In this document: positions 7,577-15,185 of the stretch, piece by piece | Layout of the letters: each line of letters opens with the position of its first letter | Numbering within the stretch: position 1 is the first letter of the stretch | Virus record (IMG/VR): IMGVR_UViG_3300009703_000007 | Span: 1 to 30,120 of that record | DNA length: 30,120 nucleotides | Source: a virus | Taxonomy: Duplodnaviria; Heunggongvirae; Uroviricota; Caudoviricetes | Direction: 5' to 3' (one strand) | Position numbers and translations under genes: made by a program | The notes under the pieces: model-generated | What the model was told of the DNA's origin: nothing | The model's input: the letters and a program-made list of their open reading frames with translations, nothing else | Database searches by the model: none

Positions 7577-7822
7577 CTACGGCAGCTTACGGCCGATCCG
7601 ATCGGACCGGGCTTTCTTGATGAGCGAAGCGATCTGGGAGGGATCTCCCTTCACCTTGAGCTCCGTGTGGAATTCCTCGCCTACCTTGGACACGTCCAGA
7701 CGGATGTAACACAAGGTATCGTCCTTCCGCATGACGCGGGTGATGAGGTCTATGTTCAGGTACTCATCCTCGAAGACGACCGGGAGGGCTGCTCCACTAA
7801 CCGCTCGTTGTATACAAATCAC
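7577..7822 (-). CDS. small protein, FlbD/SwrD-like pattern
   Basis: YLNIDLITRV...LKVKGDPSQIASLIK resembles the FlbD pattern (by eye). Confidence 0.6.
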   Translation of the reverse strand: MICIQRAVSGAALPVVFEDEYLNIDLITRVMRKDDTLCYIRLDVSKVGEEFHTELKVKGDPSQIASLIKKARSDRIGRKLP

Positions 7823-8097
7823 TAAAGGTCTCCGTAGAAGACGCGGAAGTGCGCGTCGGGTTGCGTGGGAATCTCCAGCGAATCCGAGTGGATGAGCGCC
7901 GAGGACTCGGGGTAGGGGCCACCGTAGAACCAGTTGTTGATGCGACCTTCGTGGTCGGACGCGCAGTTCGTGGCGATGGCCTTGGCTCGGGTGGGGTTGG
8001 TAGCTCTGGAGTCGTCGGTGTGGAAGACCTCTCGCCCCTTGTCATCCACTTCCTCAATGTTCTTGTAGAGCATGACACGGTAGACCTTGCCACTCAT
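7822..8097 (-). CDS. hypothetical protein
   Basis: Start MSGKVYRV at 8097 via ATGA overlap. Confidence 0.7.
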   Translation of the reverse strand: MSGKVYRVMLYKNIEEVDDKGREVFHTDDSRATNPTRAKAIATNCASDHEGRINNWFYGGPYPESSALIHSDSLEIPTQPDAHFRVFYGDL

Positions 8098-8351
8098 TCG
8101 AGCACCGCTCCTTCCTTGAGGATCCAGTTGCACTTGGTGTTGAAGAGCTCGTTGCCTTCGTCGTTGTAGCCCTTCCACTTCGTGACCGTGCCGTCGATGT
8201 AGACCTCCAGCCGATCGATGTCGTTGCGCTTCACTCCTGCTCCGCTGGGCAGGGGCAACGAAGCCACGGCGATGGCCTTGGCACCGGTGTAGACCTCGTC
8301 CGGCTTGGGGTCGAACGACGCCAACATGTCTTCGATTCTGCTTTCTTCCAT
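8094..8351 (-). CDS. hypothetical protein
   Basis: ATG at 8351 after a GGAGG RBS and the promoter. Confidence 0.75.
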   Translation of the reverse strand: MEESRIEDMLASFDPKPDEVYTGAKAIAVASLPLPSGAGVKRNDIDRLEVYIDGTVTKWKGYNDEGNELFNTKCNWILKEGAVLE

Positions 8352-8370
8352 GATGCTTAGCACCTCCATT

Positions 8371-8384
8371 CAAGTACTTATACC
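8371..8384 (-). promoter_or_regulatory. GGTATAAG-N5-G promoter motif
   Basis: GGTATAAG TACTT GAATGGAGG; its TAA is also the stop codon of 8378..8626. Confidence 0.8.
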
Positions 8385-8626
8385 TGGGGAGGCTCTGGTC
8401 TTTCGTAAGGAATCAGCTTGTCCTTTCCTGGATGCAAAGCCAAGGAAATGAGGAAGCTGAATAGAAATGCAGTCACCCAGATCTCTACCCAAGCGTGCTT
8501 GAACTGAAGGGACGCGTCGCTATCGAACATACACCGGTATATCCAAGCAACAACGCCTATATGCGATCCCAGCGTCGCCAGCATCAGCGCGCATAGGAAT
8601 GGGGTGTTGAGGGGATTTTTAATCAA
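8378..8626 (-). CDS. small membrane protein (2 TM)
   Basis: Two hydrophobic segments; AAGGA RBS. Confidence 0.7.
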   Translation of the reverse strand: MIKNPLNTPFLCALMLATLGSHIGVVAWIYRCMFDSDASLQFKHAWVEIWVTAFLFSFLISLALHPGKDKLIPYERPEPPQV

Positions 8627-8689
8627 TGACTTTCCTTGGTTTGAGTTAAAAGGAAGGAACAGCTGATGCCACCCCTCCCTTCTCAGCTA

Positions 8690-9523
8690 TCAACTGATCT
8701 TGATGTTCATCTCGTTGAGGTCGACCTTGTTCGAACGCTCTACCTTGACCTCGAGAGTCTCGGCGTCGACGTAGGCTCCGTCGGCCCCCATTTGACGCAG
8801 GGCCGCGGCGGAGACCACCATGCCCTGAGACAAGGTCCGCTCCGGGTCCTCCAGGTCCACGTCGTCCAGGTTGATGATGACCTCTACAGTCTGGTACAGG
8901 TTGGGACGATCGCGGTCGTTGACGGCCTCCGTCGTGCCCTGCAGCCCCGTGTCCTTGACCATCTGTGCCATGTTGGACTCGAGCGTTCGGATCACGTCAT
9001 CGAGCAGCACGACCTGCGTCCCGGACTGAGTGGCGACCCAGTACATGATGAGCTCGATGAGCCGCTCGCCGTTCAGGGACGGGATACCTGTGCCCTTCAA
9101 GAACAGCATCTGCTGACTCAGGTCCATCTCCTTGAACAGCGCTTCTGTCGTCTGTGTGCGTAGCCCGGCGTAGTGCACTACGCGGCCGTGGTTGTCCACG
9201 AACACCAGCCCACTGCTCTGCAGCCACTCCGCGTACGTCGCGTCCCCGTAGTCCTTCTTGAGCAGCGTCAGCTCACTGGTGGTGGGGTACCAGCTCTGAG
9301 TAGAGTCGCTGTCCCGCTCCACCTTGGACATGTTGAAGTAGCGGCTGAGCCCGTGGACCTCACCCTGGTGGAGGGACGCTCCGAACTGCTTGGTGAGTAT
9401 GTCTGTGGCCCCCACCAAAGTGAGGTCGGGGTTGTGGGTGAAGGCCGAGAGCAACACCCCGCGCTTGATCGCGTGCGACTGACGCTTGTGCCCCGCTTTC
9501 GAGAAAAGGATCCCATCTGTCAT
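8690..9523 (-). CDS. hypothetical protein
   Basis: ATG at 9523 after GGAGG; GC3-rich codons. Confidence 0.8.
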   Translation of the reverse strand: MTDGILFSKAGHKRQSHAIKRGVLLSAFTHNPDLTLVGATDILTKQFGASLHQGEVHGLSRYFNMSKVERDSDSTQSWYPTTSELTLLKKDYGDATYAEWLQSSGLVFVDNHGRVVHYAGLRTQTTEALFKEMDLSQQMLFLKGTGIPSLNGERLIELIMYWVATQSGTQVVLLDDVIRTLESNMAQMVKDTGLQGTTEAVNDRDRPNLYQTVEVIINLDDVDLEDPERTLSQGMVVSAAALRQMGADGAYVDAETLEVKVERSNKVDLNEMNIKIS

Positions 9524-9542
9524 AGTACTAAGCACCTCCATT

Positions 9543-9556
9543 CTCTAGCTTATACC
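9543..9556 (-). promoter_or_regulatory. GGTATAAG-N5-G promoter motif
   Basis: GGTATAAG CTAGA GAATGGAGG. Confidence 0.8.
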
Positions 9557-9565
9557 TCAAAAAGG

Positions 9566-9608
9566 GCTAAAAGAGCGAGGGGTATTACGTCGCCCGACTC
9601 TTCTTTTA
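9566..9608 (-). terminator. imperfect hairpin + TTTTAG element
   Basis: TAAAAGAAGAG...CTCGCTCTTTTAGC. Confidence 0.5.
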
Positions 9609-9830
9609 ATCAAGTATCACCCTCGGCCTCGGGGGAAGCTGGTAGCACGACGCGGTTGGAGGGTAGCGACGCACGTCAATGACATGCAACGCCTTGCTTT
9701 GCTTGGACCCACAGCTCTGACACGAGCTGAACTGGCCCAGACGGGGAGTACCGCAGTGAAGGCATTCCACTGAGGTTTCACGTTGGTTAGGACGAGGGAA
9801 TGGCTCAAGGGGTTCCACTGATCGAGTCAT
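9606..9830 (-). CDS. small zinc-ribbon protein
   Basis: CLHCG...CQSCG; ATGA overlap. Confidence 0.7.
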   Translation of the reverse strand: MTRSVEPLEPFPRPNQRETSVECLHCGTPRLGQFSSCQSCGSKQSKALHVIDVRRYPPTASCYQLPPRPRVILD

Positions 9831-10078
9831 CCCACCCTACTTCCACTAACGTAGACGACGATCTTAGGCCAGACCTCGGCCAGGGACTCAATCTCCGGGT
9901 TCTGGAACAAGCACCGAAGGTACACATCCTTCTGCGCGTGACAGAAGCGACGGGCTTCACCGCTGGTAGCGAACCGCTGCAGCTCCACCCTCCCGTCCCT
10001 CCGGATCAAGATGAACTTCGTGTCCATCACCAGCGCATGTGGCTCGGTAGCCACGTATGGCTTGGGGTCTCTACCCAT
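9827..10078 (-). CDS. hypothetical protein
   Basis: Start MGRDPKP overlaps the stop of the upstream gene. Confidence 0.65.
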   Translation of the reverse strand: MGRDPKPYVATEPHALVMDTKFILIRRDGRVELQRFATSGEARRFCHAQKDVYLRCLFQNPEIESLAEVWPKIVVYVSGSRVG

Positions 10079-10502
10079 CTCCCTCATACCGGATCCAGTC
10101 CTTGCTGGCCGCGTGCGACTCGGCCCCCGTCCAACACAGGTCGTAGCCATCCTGGTCCTTGGGCCAGGGCTGCTTCAGGACGGTCTCGAAGAACCGACGG
10201 CAGGCGCTGTCGTACACCCGCTCATCCTCGTCGCAGAAGAAGATGTGGTCGTCGTCGACGAGGGCACGCCACCACATGTCCCACTCGTTGGTGCACTGGG
10301 ACTCCTTGCGCGTGGTGACCACGTAGACGTTGAGGCCCTTCTCGATCGCCGACTCGATCACTCCCAGCGAGAAGATCCGCCAGCCCTGCTGGGTCGTACC
10401 ACGCAGGACGAGGTCCTCCGCAACGTATGCGTTGACTCCGTAGGGCTTCTGGATGTCCGACGTCGACATGACGCAAGGGACACCGATGTTCTGTGTGCTC
10501 AT
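10071..10502 (-). CDS. hypothetical protein
   Basis: 143 aa, after the promoter and GAAGGAGG. Confidence 0.8.
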   Translation of the reverse strand: MSTQNIGVPCVMSTSDIQKPYGVNAYVAEDLVLRGTTQQGWRIFSLGVIESAIEKGLNVYVVTTRKESQCTNEWDMWWRALVDDDHIFFCDEDERVYDSACRRFFETVLKQPWPKDQDGYDLCWTGAESHAASKDWIRYEGDG

Positions 10503-10518
10503 AGTTAGGCACCTCCTT

Positions 10519-10532
10519 CAAACACTTATACC
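10519..10532 (-). promoter_or_regulatory. GGTATAAG-N5-G promoter motif
   Basis: TTTTAG GGTATAAG TGTTT GAAGGAGG. Confidence 0.8.
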
Positions 10533-10573
10533 CTAAAAGAAGCGTGGCTTCAGCCATCCCCTTCTTCTTTAGG
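10532..10573 (-). terminator. hairpin + TTTTAG element
   Basis: CCTAAAGAAGAAG..TGGC TGAA GCCA..CTTCTTTTAGG. Confidence 0.6.
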
Positions 10574-10819
10574 CTACCGACCGTATCCCCGTCCTTGGGA
10601 TATAACGATGGAGCCTACGACGATTCTGCCTTCGGCTGTGATGTCCTCGTCTTTGTTGAGCGAGCCCAGAGGGCTGAGGTCGGCATGGACGAGGATCGTG
10701 ACCGGCCCTGTCTTGGGGAGCCCCTTCCGCAACGCTGCTTCTACTTGGTTGATCAGCGATCCTCGAAGGTTTGCTACGTCCCCAGGCACGGTGAGGTCAC
10801 TGTGATGGTGTTCGGTCAT
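10574..10819 (-). CDS. hypothetical protein
   Basis: 81 aa; ATGA overlap with the upstream gene. Confidence 0.7.
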   Translation of the reverse strand: MTEHHHSDLTVPGDVANLRGSLINQVEAALRKGLPKTGPVTILVHADLSPLGSLNKDEDITAEGRIVVGSIVISQGRGYGR

Positions 10820-11172
10820 CGTGGTCCGTCCTCCAGCACAGACTCGAAGCCGCGGTCGCTGCGTCGCACGGGCAACGACTTCCGTCGCTTGTGCGACTCG
10901 CTGACGTTGACCTGGATGACGCTGTACACGCCGTCCTGGGAGCGGTCCACCACGAGCCCGATCGTGTTGTTGTTTCGGTTGAGTACTACCAGACCGAACC
11001 CGGGCTGGAGCTCACCTTCGACCACGCCGGGACCCAGGCCTCCCGCTTCCTTCGTGTCCAGTACCTCCTGGACCATGGCCTGGCCGAGAGGAGAGGTGAT
11101 CTCTCCCAGGCAGGCTTCGAACTCGGGTCGATCACGAGGATGACGCACAGTCATTCCGGTGTTGAGTTGCAT
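10816..11172 (-). CDS. hypothetical protein
   Basis: 118 aa, after the promoter and GAAGGAGG. Confidence 0.8.
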   Translation of the reverse strand: MQLNTGMTVRHPRDRPEFEACLGEITSPLGQAMVQEVLDTKEAGGLGPGVVEGELQPGFGLVVLNRNNNTIGLVVDRSQDGVYSVIQVNVSESHKRRKSLPVRRSDRGFESVLEDGPR

Positions 11173-11190
11173 AGTACTTAGTGCCTCCTT

Positions 11191-11204
11191 CGTATACTTA
11201 TACC
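11191..11204 (-). promoter_or_regulatory. GGTATAAG-N5-G promoter motif
   Basis: GGTATAAGTATACGAAGGAGG; 21 nt identical to the copy at 22034-22054. Confidence 0.8.
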
Positions 11205-11433
11205 CTAAAAGCTAAAAGGATGCGGGCGGTAGCCAGCTTTTAGTGCGTGCGGCTATGGGGCCACGCGCGCATCCTCTAGACAGGTAACCCCACAGTGCTT
11301 ATCCCCATTCTGCGACTTTTGTACTAGCGTCGCTCTAGTGTTCGTGTTGTGCTCGTTAGAAGGTGAGGAGTGCGTGCATGACGACCACGGGGCCCTTCAC
11401 CCAATGCATTTGTCAAGCGCAGTCCTTTCCTTC
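11205..11433 (-). ncRNA. candidate structured non-coding RNA
   Basis: Lies between promoter 11433-11446 and a tandem TTTTAG end; only very short ORFs; several stems (GCGAC/GTCGC, GGATGCG/CGCATCC, CTAAAAGCT/AGCTTTTAG). Confidence 0.4.
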
Positions 11434-11446
11434 AATTCCTTATACC
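11433..11446 (-). promoter_or_regulatory. GGTATAAG-N5-G promoter motif
   Basis: GGTATAAG GAATT GAAGG. Confidence 0.75.
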
Positions 11447-11450
11447 TCCA

Positions 11451-11565
11451 AAGAAGCCAAAGTACGGATCGTGAGAAAAGCAGTAGGCGGCGTGTCCTTT
11501 CTGGCCCAGCTAGCCTTGTCCACCACCCGCTGCCTTTCTTACGATCCGTGCTTTACCTGCTTCTT
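11451..11565. repeat. long imperfect inverted repeat
   Basis: Arms 11459-11483 and 11530-11554 match at 22/25 positions, plus an outer AAGAAGC/GCTTCTT pair. Confidence 0.85.
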
Positions 11566-11573
11566 CTGGCCCT

Positions 11574-12419
11574 CTACGACTTTCTCAACAACAGAACCGC
11601 TAGGTCTGCGATCCCTTGCGTTGCTTGGGCGTACACCTCAGCGGCGTTGGGCATGTGCTTCTCCGCAAGGCCTACATGGTCCCAGGCCTTTATCGGGTGT
11701 CCTTCACACCCGTAGAGCAGAAAAACCTCTCCGTTATCTAGGTAGTACGCACTCCAGAAGAAGCCTCCCCAAACCCCTGAGGCCAGCTCTGTGAGGGAGG
11801 ACACCCCGGCGTCGCCGGACACCTCGGCGTTGCCGGACACCTCGGCGTTGCCGAATACCTTGGAGTTGCCGGATACCCTGGAGTTGCCGGACACCTCGGC
11901 GTTGCCGGATACCCTGGAGTTGCCGGACACCTCGGCGTTGCCGAACACCCCGGCGTCGCCGAATACCTTGGCGTTGCCGAATACCCTGGAGTTGCCGGAC
12001 ACCCCGGCGTAGCCGGATACCCTGGAGTTGCCGGACACCTCGGCGTTGCCGAATACCTTGGAGTTGCCGGATACCCTGGAGTTGCCGGACACCCCGGCGT
12101 CGCCGGATACCTTGGCGTAGCCGAATACCCAGGAGTTGCCGGACACCTCGGCGTTGCCGAATACCTTGGCGTTACCGGATACCCTGGAGTTGCCGGACAC
12201 CCCGGCGTAGCCGGATACCCTGGAGTTGCCGGACACCCAGGCGTCGCCGAATACCTTGGAGTTGCTGCCCACGAATGCTGACCATTGTACGTCAGCAGTA
12301 CCCGCCACCCACCCACCTCCGTTGGCGTGCCTGTGTGCCGGGACCTCACCCCTACCATCACCGAAGTTGTGCATGGTGACCTCTGCGTCTTCTGTATCTA
12401 CTTGTGGGACGTTGTTCAC
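11574..12419 (-). CDS. hexapeptide-repeat (left-handed beta-helix-like) protein
   Basis: HRHANGGGWVA N-terminal motif, about 26 V(S/F)G(N/D/Y)(S/A)x repeats, C-terminal YGCEGH. Confidence 0.85.
   Translation of the reverse strand: MNNVPQVDTEDAEVTMHNFGDGRGEVPAHRHANGGGWVAGTADVQWSAFVGSNSKVFGDAWVSGNSRVSGYAGVSGNSRVSGNAKVFGNAEVSGNSWVFGYAKVSGDAGVSGNSRVSGNSKVFGNAEVSGNSRVSGYAGVSGNSRVFGNAKVFGDAGVFGNAEVSGNSRVSGNAEVSGNSRVSGNSKVFGNAEVSGNAEVSGDAGVSSLTELASGVWGGFFWSAYYLDNGEVFLLYGCEGHPIKAWDHVGLAEKHMPNAAEVYAQATQGIADLAVLLLRKS
11799..12272. repeat. 18-bp coding tandem repeat, about 26 units
   Basis: Minus-strand unit GT(A/G)T(C/T)CGGC(A/G/T)AC(G/T)CC(A/G/T)(A/G)G. Confidence 0.95.
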
Positions 12420-12448
12420 TCATCTCCTCCATTTGGTTGGTTGTTTCT

Positions 12449-12462
12449 CAGTAACTTATACC
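12449..12462 (-). promoter_or_regulatory. GGTATAAG-N5-G promoter motif
   Basis: GGTATAAG TTACT GAG. Confidence 0.75.
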
Positions 12463-12485
12463 TCTAGTCTACCCTAATATTGGAT

Positions 12486-15152
12486 ATGCAGTTTTCAGAC
12501 TTGCTGATATCCCCTCACGAACGTCTCCTCAGAGATATGGATCAGGAGCACGGCCTCGGGTACGTAGAAGCAAAGAACAAGCTAACAGGAGCAGTAACTG
12601 GGTCAGCAATGGATGCGGCGAGAGGCACAGCAATAGCCGCAGAGCGCGCAGCGACAGGCGTGGTGGACAAAGCAAAGGCATGGCAGATGCAACGAGAGCT
12701 ACGCAAGGCCCAGGAAGCAGCAGAGGTTGCCAGGAAGCAACAGGAGATAGCTCAGCCTCAGTACGCCGCTCCTCCTAAGTTTGCAGCGTTTTGGAAAAAG
12801 GACGAGGACGACGAGGGGTTGGGTTTAGCCGGTGTAGTGTCCTCGGCAGGAGTTCTGGGTGGTTCCGCTGCCGACGCGGCCTCTGACGCCGTGCAGAGAG
12901 AGGAGCTTGAAAGCCTTCGTAGAAGAGGTAACGTCAGCCTTGCACCCTTGTTGACACAGCGCGCGTGGGAAAAAGATGGTAGAGGCCTTGAAGTAGTAGT
13001 GGACGGGGTTAAAAATCGTAACGTGGCTATGACTGGAGACACTCCAGAAGTACTTAGGGACTTTATAACCTCCCGGGGACTTCACCGATCCGGACTGAGC
13101 CCTGTAGCAGGCACAGACAGTGCTGCTCTCCGGGGCCAGGAGGCGTTTGAGCAGAGTAGAAGAATGGCCATACTGCCTGCAGTGGGAGATAGTCGCGTTG
13201 TGTCGGACACTATGGCGGACGTATCCCCTGCGGTTATTCACGCGCGTAGACATAAGCGCCCAGGGTATAGTCTGATCTCCCCCGCTCTCACTGGAGGTCT
13301 GATGGCAGGAGCGTACCTGGCACCAGAGGATCAGCACGGCCTTAAAGCTACTATGTACGGAGGGGCTGCAGCAGCGAGCGCTGCTCCAGCTATACTAGAC
13401 GCCCGAGCTGCGCTCGAGCAGTGGTACGCAAGTGACCAACACCGTAAGTGGCTCAACTCTGTGGTAAACTTAGATCTTCCTGGAGGAGTCCGGTCCCAGA
13501 CAGTGCGAAGAATAGCCGACGTAGGCAAAGTACCTCTAGGCCTGGCCGCTGCTGCGTTGCCCGCCTATATGGCGTATAAGGAATGGCAGAAGCGTGGGTC
13601 TGACGAAAAGTTCCTCTTAGCTCGGGGCCTACGTGCTATGGGTGCGGAGAACATCGCGGACTCGTATAAGACCTTCATGAAGAGCAAGGGTAGGCAGCTG
13701 TCTGAGTCAGGGTTGTTCGACCCGGTTCCCAACAAGGGTATATGGAAAGTGCTCCCCGATAAGGTGCGTGAAAGTAACTTACTACCCAAGGGCGACGTCA
13801 TGAGTGCCAAGCTCAAGGGCCTGGCCCAGGAAGACCCTGAGTCCGCTGCGATGTTCGCGGCCAGCAGCTTTTTACCAGGTCCTCAGTGGCCTGTCTACTT
13901 AGGTGCGAGAAGAGCTACCAACGTAGTGTCGGACCCTGTGGGTGACTTGGACCTGAGCTTAGCTCCCGGAGATGTCCCTGGCCTTGGAAGCAAGGTAGGC
14001 GTGGTCACGCAGTTGGATAACCCTCCATTCATATCCACAGCAGATGCGGAGCAGTCGGCGCCAGCGGCCGACCTTCTCAAGACCGAGCAAGGCCACAAGG
14101 ACCCTGCAATGGGAAATAGCTTGCCTGGGAATGGGAAACTAGCTATCGCGTGCGCGGGCGTGCGCGGGTCACTCCTAAAGGAAGCCAGAAAGTGGACCCC
14201 CGCCCAGCGCCGCCACTACTTCAAGATGCTCAAGGCTGAGGGTAAGTACAAGTCCAAGGCTCAGTATGACGAAGACAAGGCCAAGAACTACAAGGTCAAA
14301 GAAGTCCAACGCCCTCACACGTCTGAGAAGAAAGCTGAGGACGAACAGGAGTCTCCCATAGCTAGCAGGGGCAAGGACCTGGCTAAAGGCACTGCTGCTA
14401 TGTACGGATCCACTAGGCTGGTCCGACCTACGTACGAGCGAGTGTTAGGTACCAAGGGTCTGGTGCACGGCACCTCTATGGATAACGCACAAAGCATATT
14501 AAGGGAGGGCATGCGCCCAGGAGCCGGGTCTGGAAACGTCGCAGGAGAGTTGGCTGCTGGCTTTGAGGACGGATTGGACACCGATGACATATCTCGACAC
14601 AACTTTTTCGGAGGCCAGTCTGAAGGGGGCCTGTCCACTGCAGCTGGGCATGGTAACGCCTCAGAAGCTTATAGCTTACGTAATAAAGGAGTTAAGTATA
14701 CCCCAAAGCGCCCGAAGGACGTAAAGAAGCTTGAGTCCCTTACCAATAGCGCTCAAAAGTTTAGAGAAAGTCCACTGATATCTCCTGAGGTTAACCGGAT
14801 GCTGGATAAGGCTATTGACTCGTCGGGGCTGCAGGGAGAAGGTGTGCTGCTGTCCACGGTCAGGCCGTGGGAGGAGTTCTCTGCTGACTTCGAAGTCGAC
14901 CCCGAGATGCCCTCTATGTTACACGACGCACATAGAACTAAACGTACGATTCCTGCAGAGGACTTAAAGTGGGGGACGCCTACACTAAGACACCACCTGG
15001 ATGCTACAGGAGGCCCAGATCAGTGGGCACGATACGCTAAAAAATACCCGGGAAGGTTGGGTGCTGGGTTAGCGCTAGGCGCTATGGGAGCAGGGGGAGC
15101 TGCGTGGGGAGCCAGCAAGTTTAGAGACGCTGTAAGAGGCAGAGACAACTAG
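12486..15152 (+). CDS. large modular probable virion protein with a C-terminal ADP-ribosyltransferase-like module and Gly-rich helices
   Basis: LVHGTSMDNAQSILREGMRP...FEVDPE...IPAEDL; K-x-A junctions; GAGLALGAMGAGGAAWG tail. Confidence 0.75.
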   Translation: MQFSDLLISPHERLLRDMDQEHGLGYVEAKNKLTGAVTGSAMDAARGTAIAAERAATGVVDKAKAWQMQRELRKAQEAAEVARKQQEIAQPQYAAPPKFAAFWKKDEDDEGLGLAGVVSSAGVLGGSAADAASDAVQREELESLRRRGNVSLAPLLTQRAWEKDGRGLEVVVDGVKNRNVAMTGDTPEVLRDFITSRGLHRSGLSPVAGTDSAALRGQEAFEQSRRMAILPAVGDSRVVSDTMADVSPAVIHARRHKRPGYSLISPALTGGLMAGAYLAPEDQHGLKATMYGGAAAASAAPAILDARAALEQWYASDQHRKWLNSVVNLDLPGGVRSQTVRRIADVGKVPLGLAAAALPAYMAYKEWQKRGSDEKFLLARGLRAMGAENIADSYKTFMKSKGRQLSESGLFDPVPNKGIWKVLPDKVRESNLLPKGDVMSAKLKGLAQEDPESAAMFAASSFLPGPQWPVYLGARRATNVVSDPVGDLDLSLAPGDVPGLGSKVGVVTQLDNPPFISTADAEQSAPAADLLKTEQGHKDPAMGNSLPGNGKLAIACAGVRGSLLKEARKWTPAQRRHYFKMLKAEGKYKSKAQYDEDKAKNYKVKEVQRPHTSEKKAEDEQESPIASRGKDLAKGTAAMYGSTRLVRPTYERVLGTKGLVHGTSMDNAQSILREGMRPGAGSGNVAGELAAGFEDGLDTDDISRHNFFGGQSEGGLSTAAGHGNASEAYSLRNKGVKYTPKRPKDVKKLESLTNSAQKFRESPLISPEVNRMLDKAIDSSGLQGEGVLLSTVRPWEEFSADFEVDPEMPSMLHDAHRTKRTIPAEDLKWGTPTLRHHLDATGGPDQWARYAKKYPGRLGAGLALGAMGAGGAAWGASKFRDAVRGRDN

Positions 15153-15154
15153 CC

Positions 15155-15160
15155 TATACT
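15155..15160 (+). promoter_or_regulatory. TATACT -10-like box (candidate late promoter)
   Basis: CTATACTT also precedes the plus-strand genes at 17757 and 19034. Confidence 0.4.
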
Positions 15161-15185
15161 TTCTTAGAATTACTGGAGTTAACTA

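Noticed and set aside
597-11794. Plus-strand ORFs in the left half (e.g. 3919..4341, 8666..9163, 9173..9682, 10544..11143)
   Set aside because: They are antisense shadows of minus-strand genes that have RBSs, promoters and coupling.
11799-12272. CRISPR array or DGR template/variable repeat
   Set aside because: The units are contiguous 18-mers without spacers and encode an in-frame hexapeptide. Some variation falls at adenines, but no reverse transcriptase or separate template repeat is in the window.
11738-12361. Alternative-frame PATPGY/CPATP repeat ORF
   Set aside because: It is a frame-shifted reading of the 18-bp repeat. The VSGNA frame has the RBS and recognisable flanking motifs.
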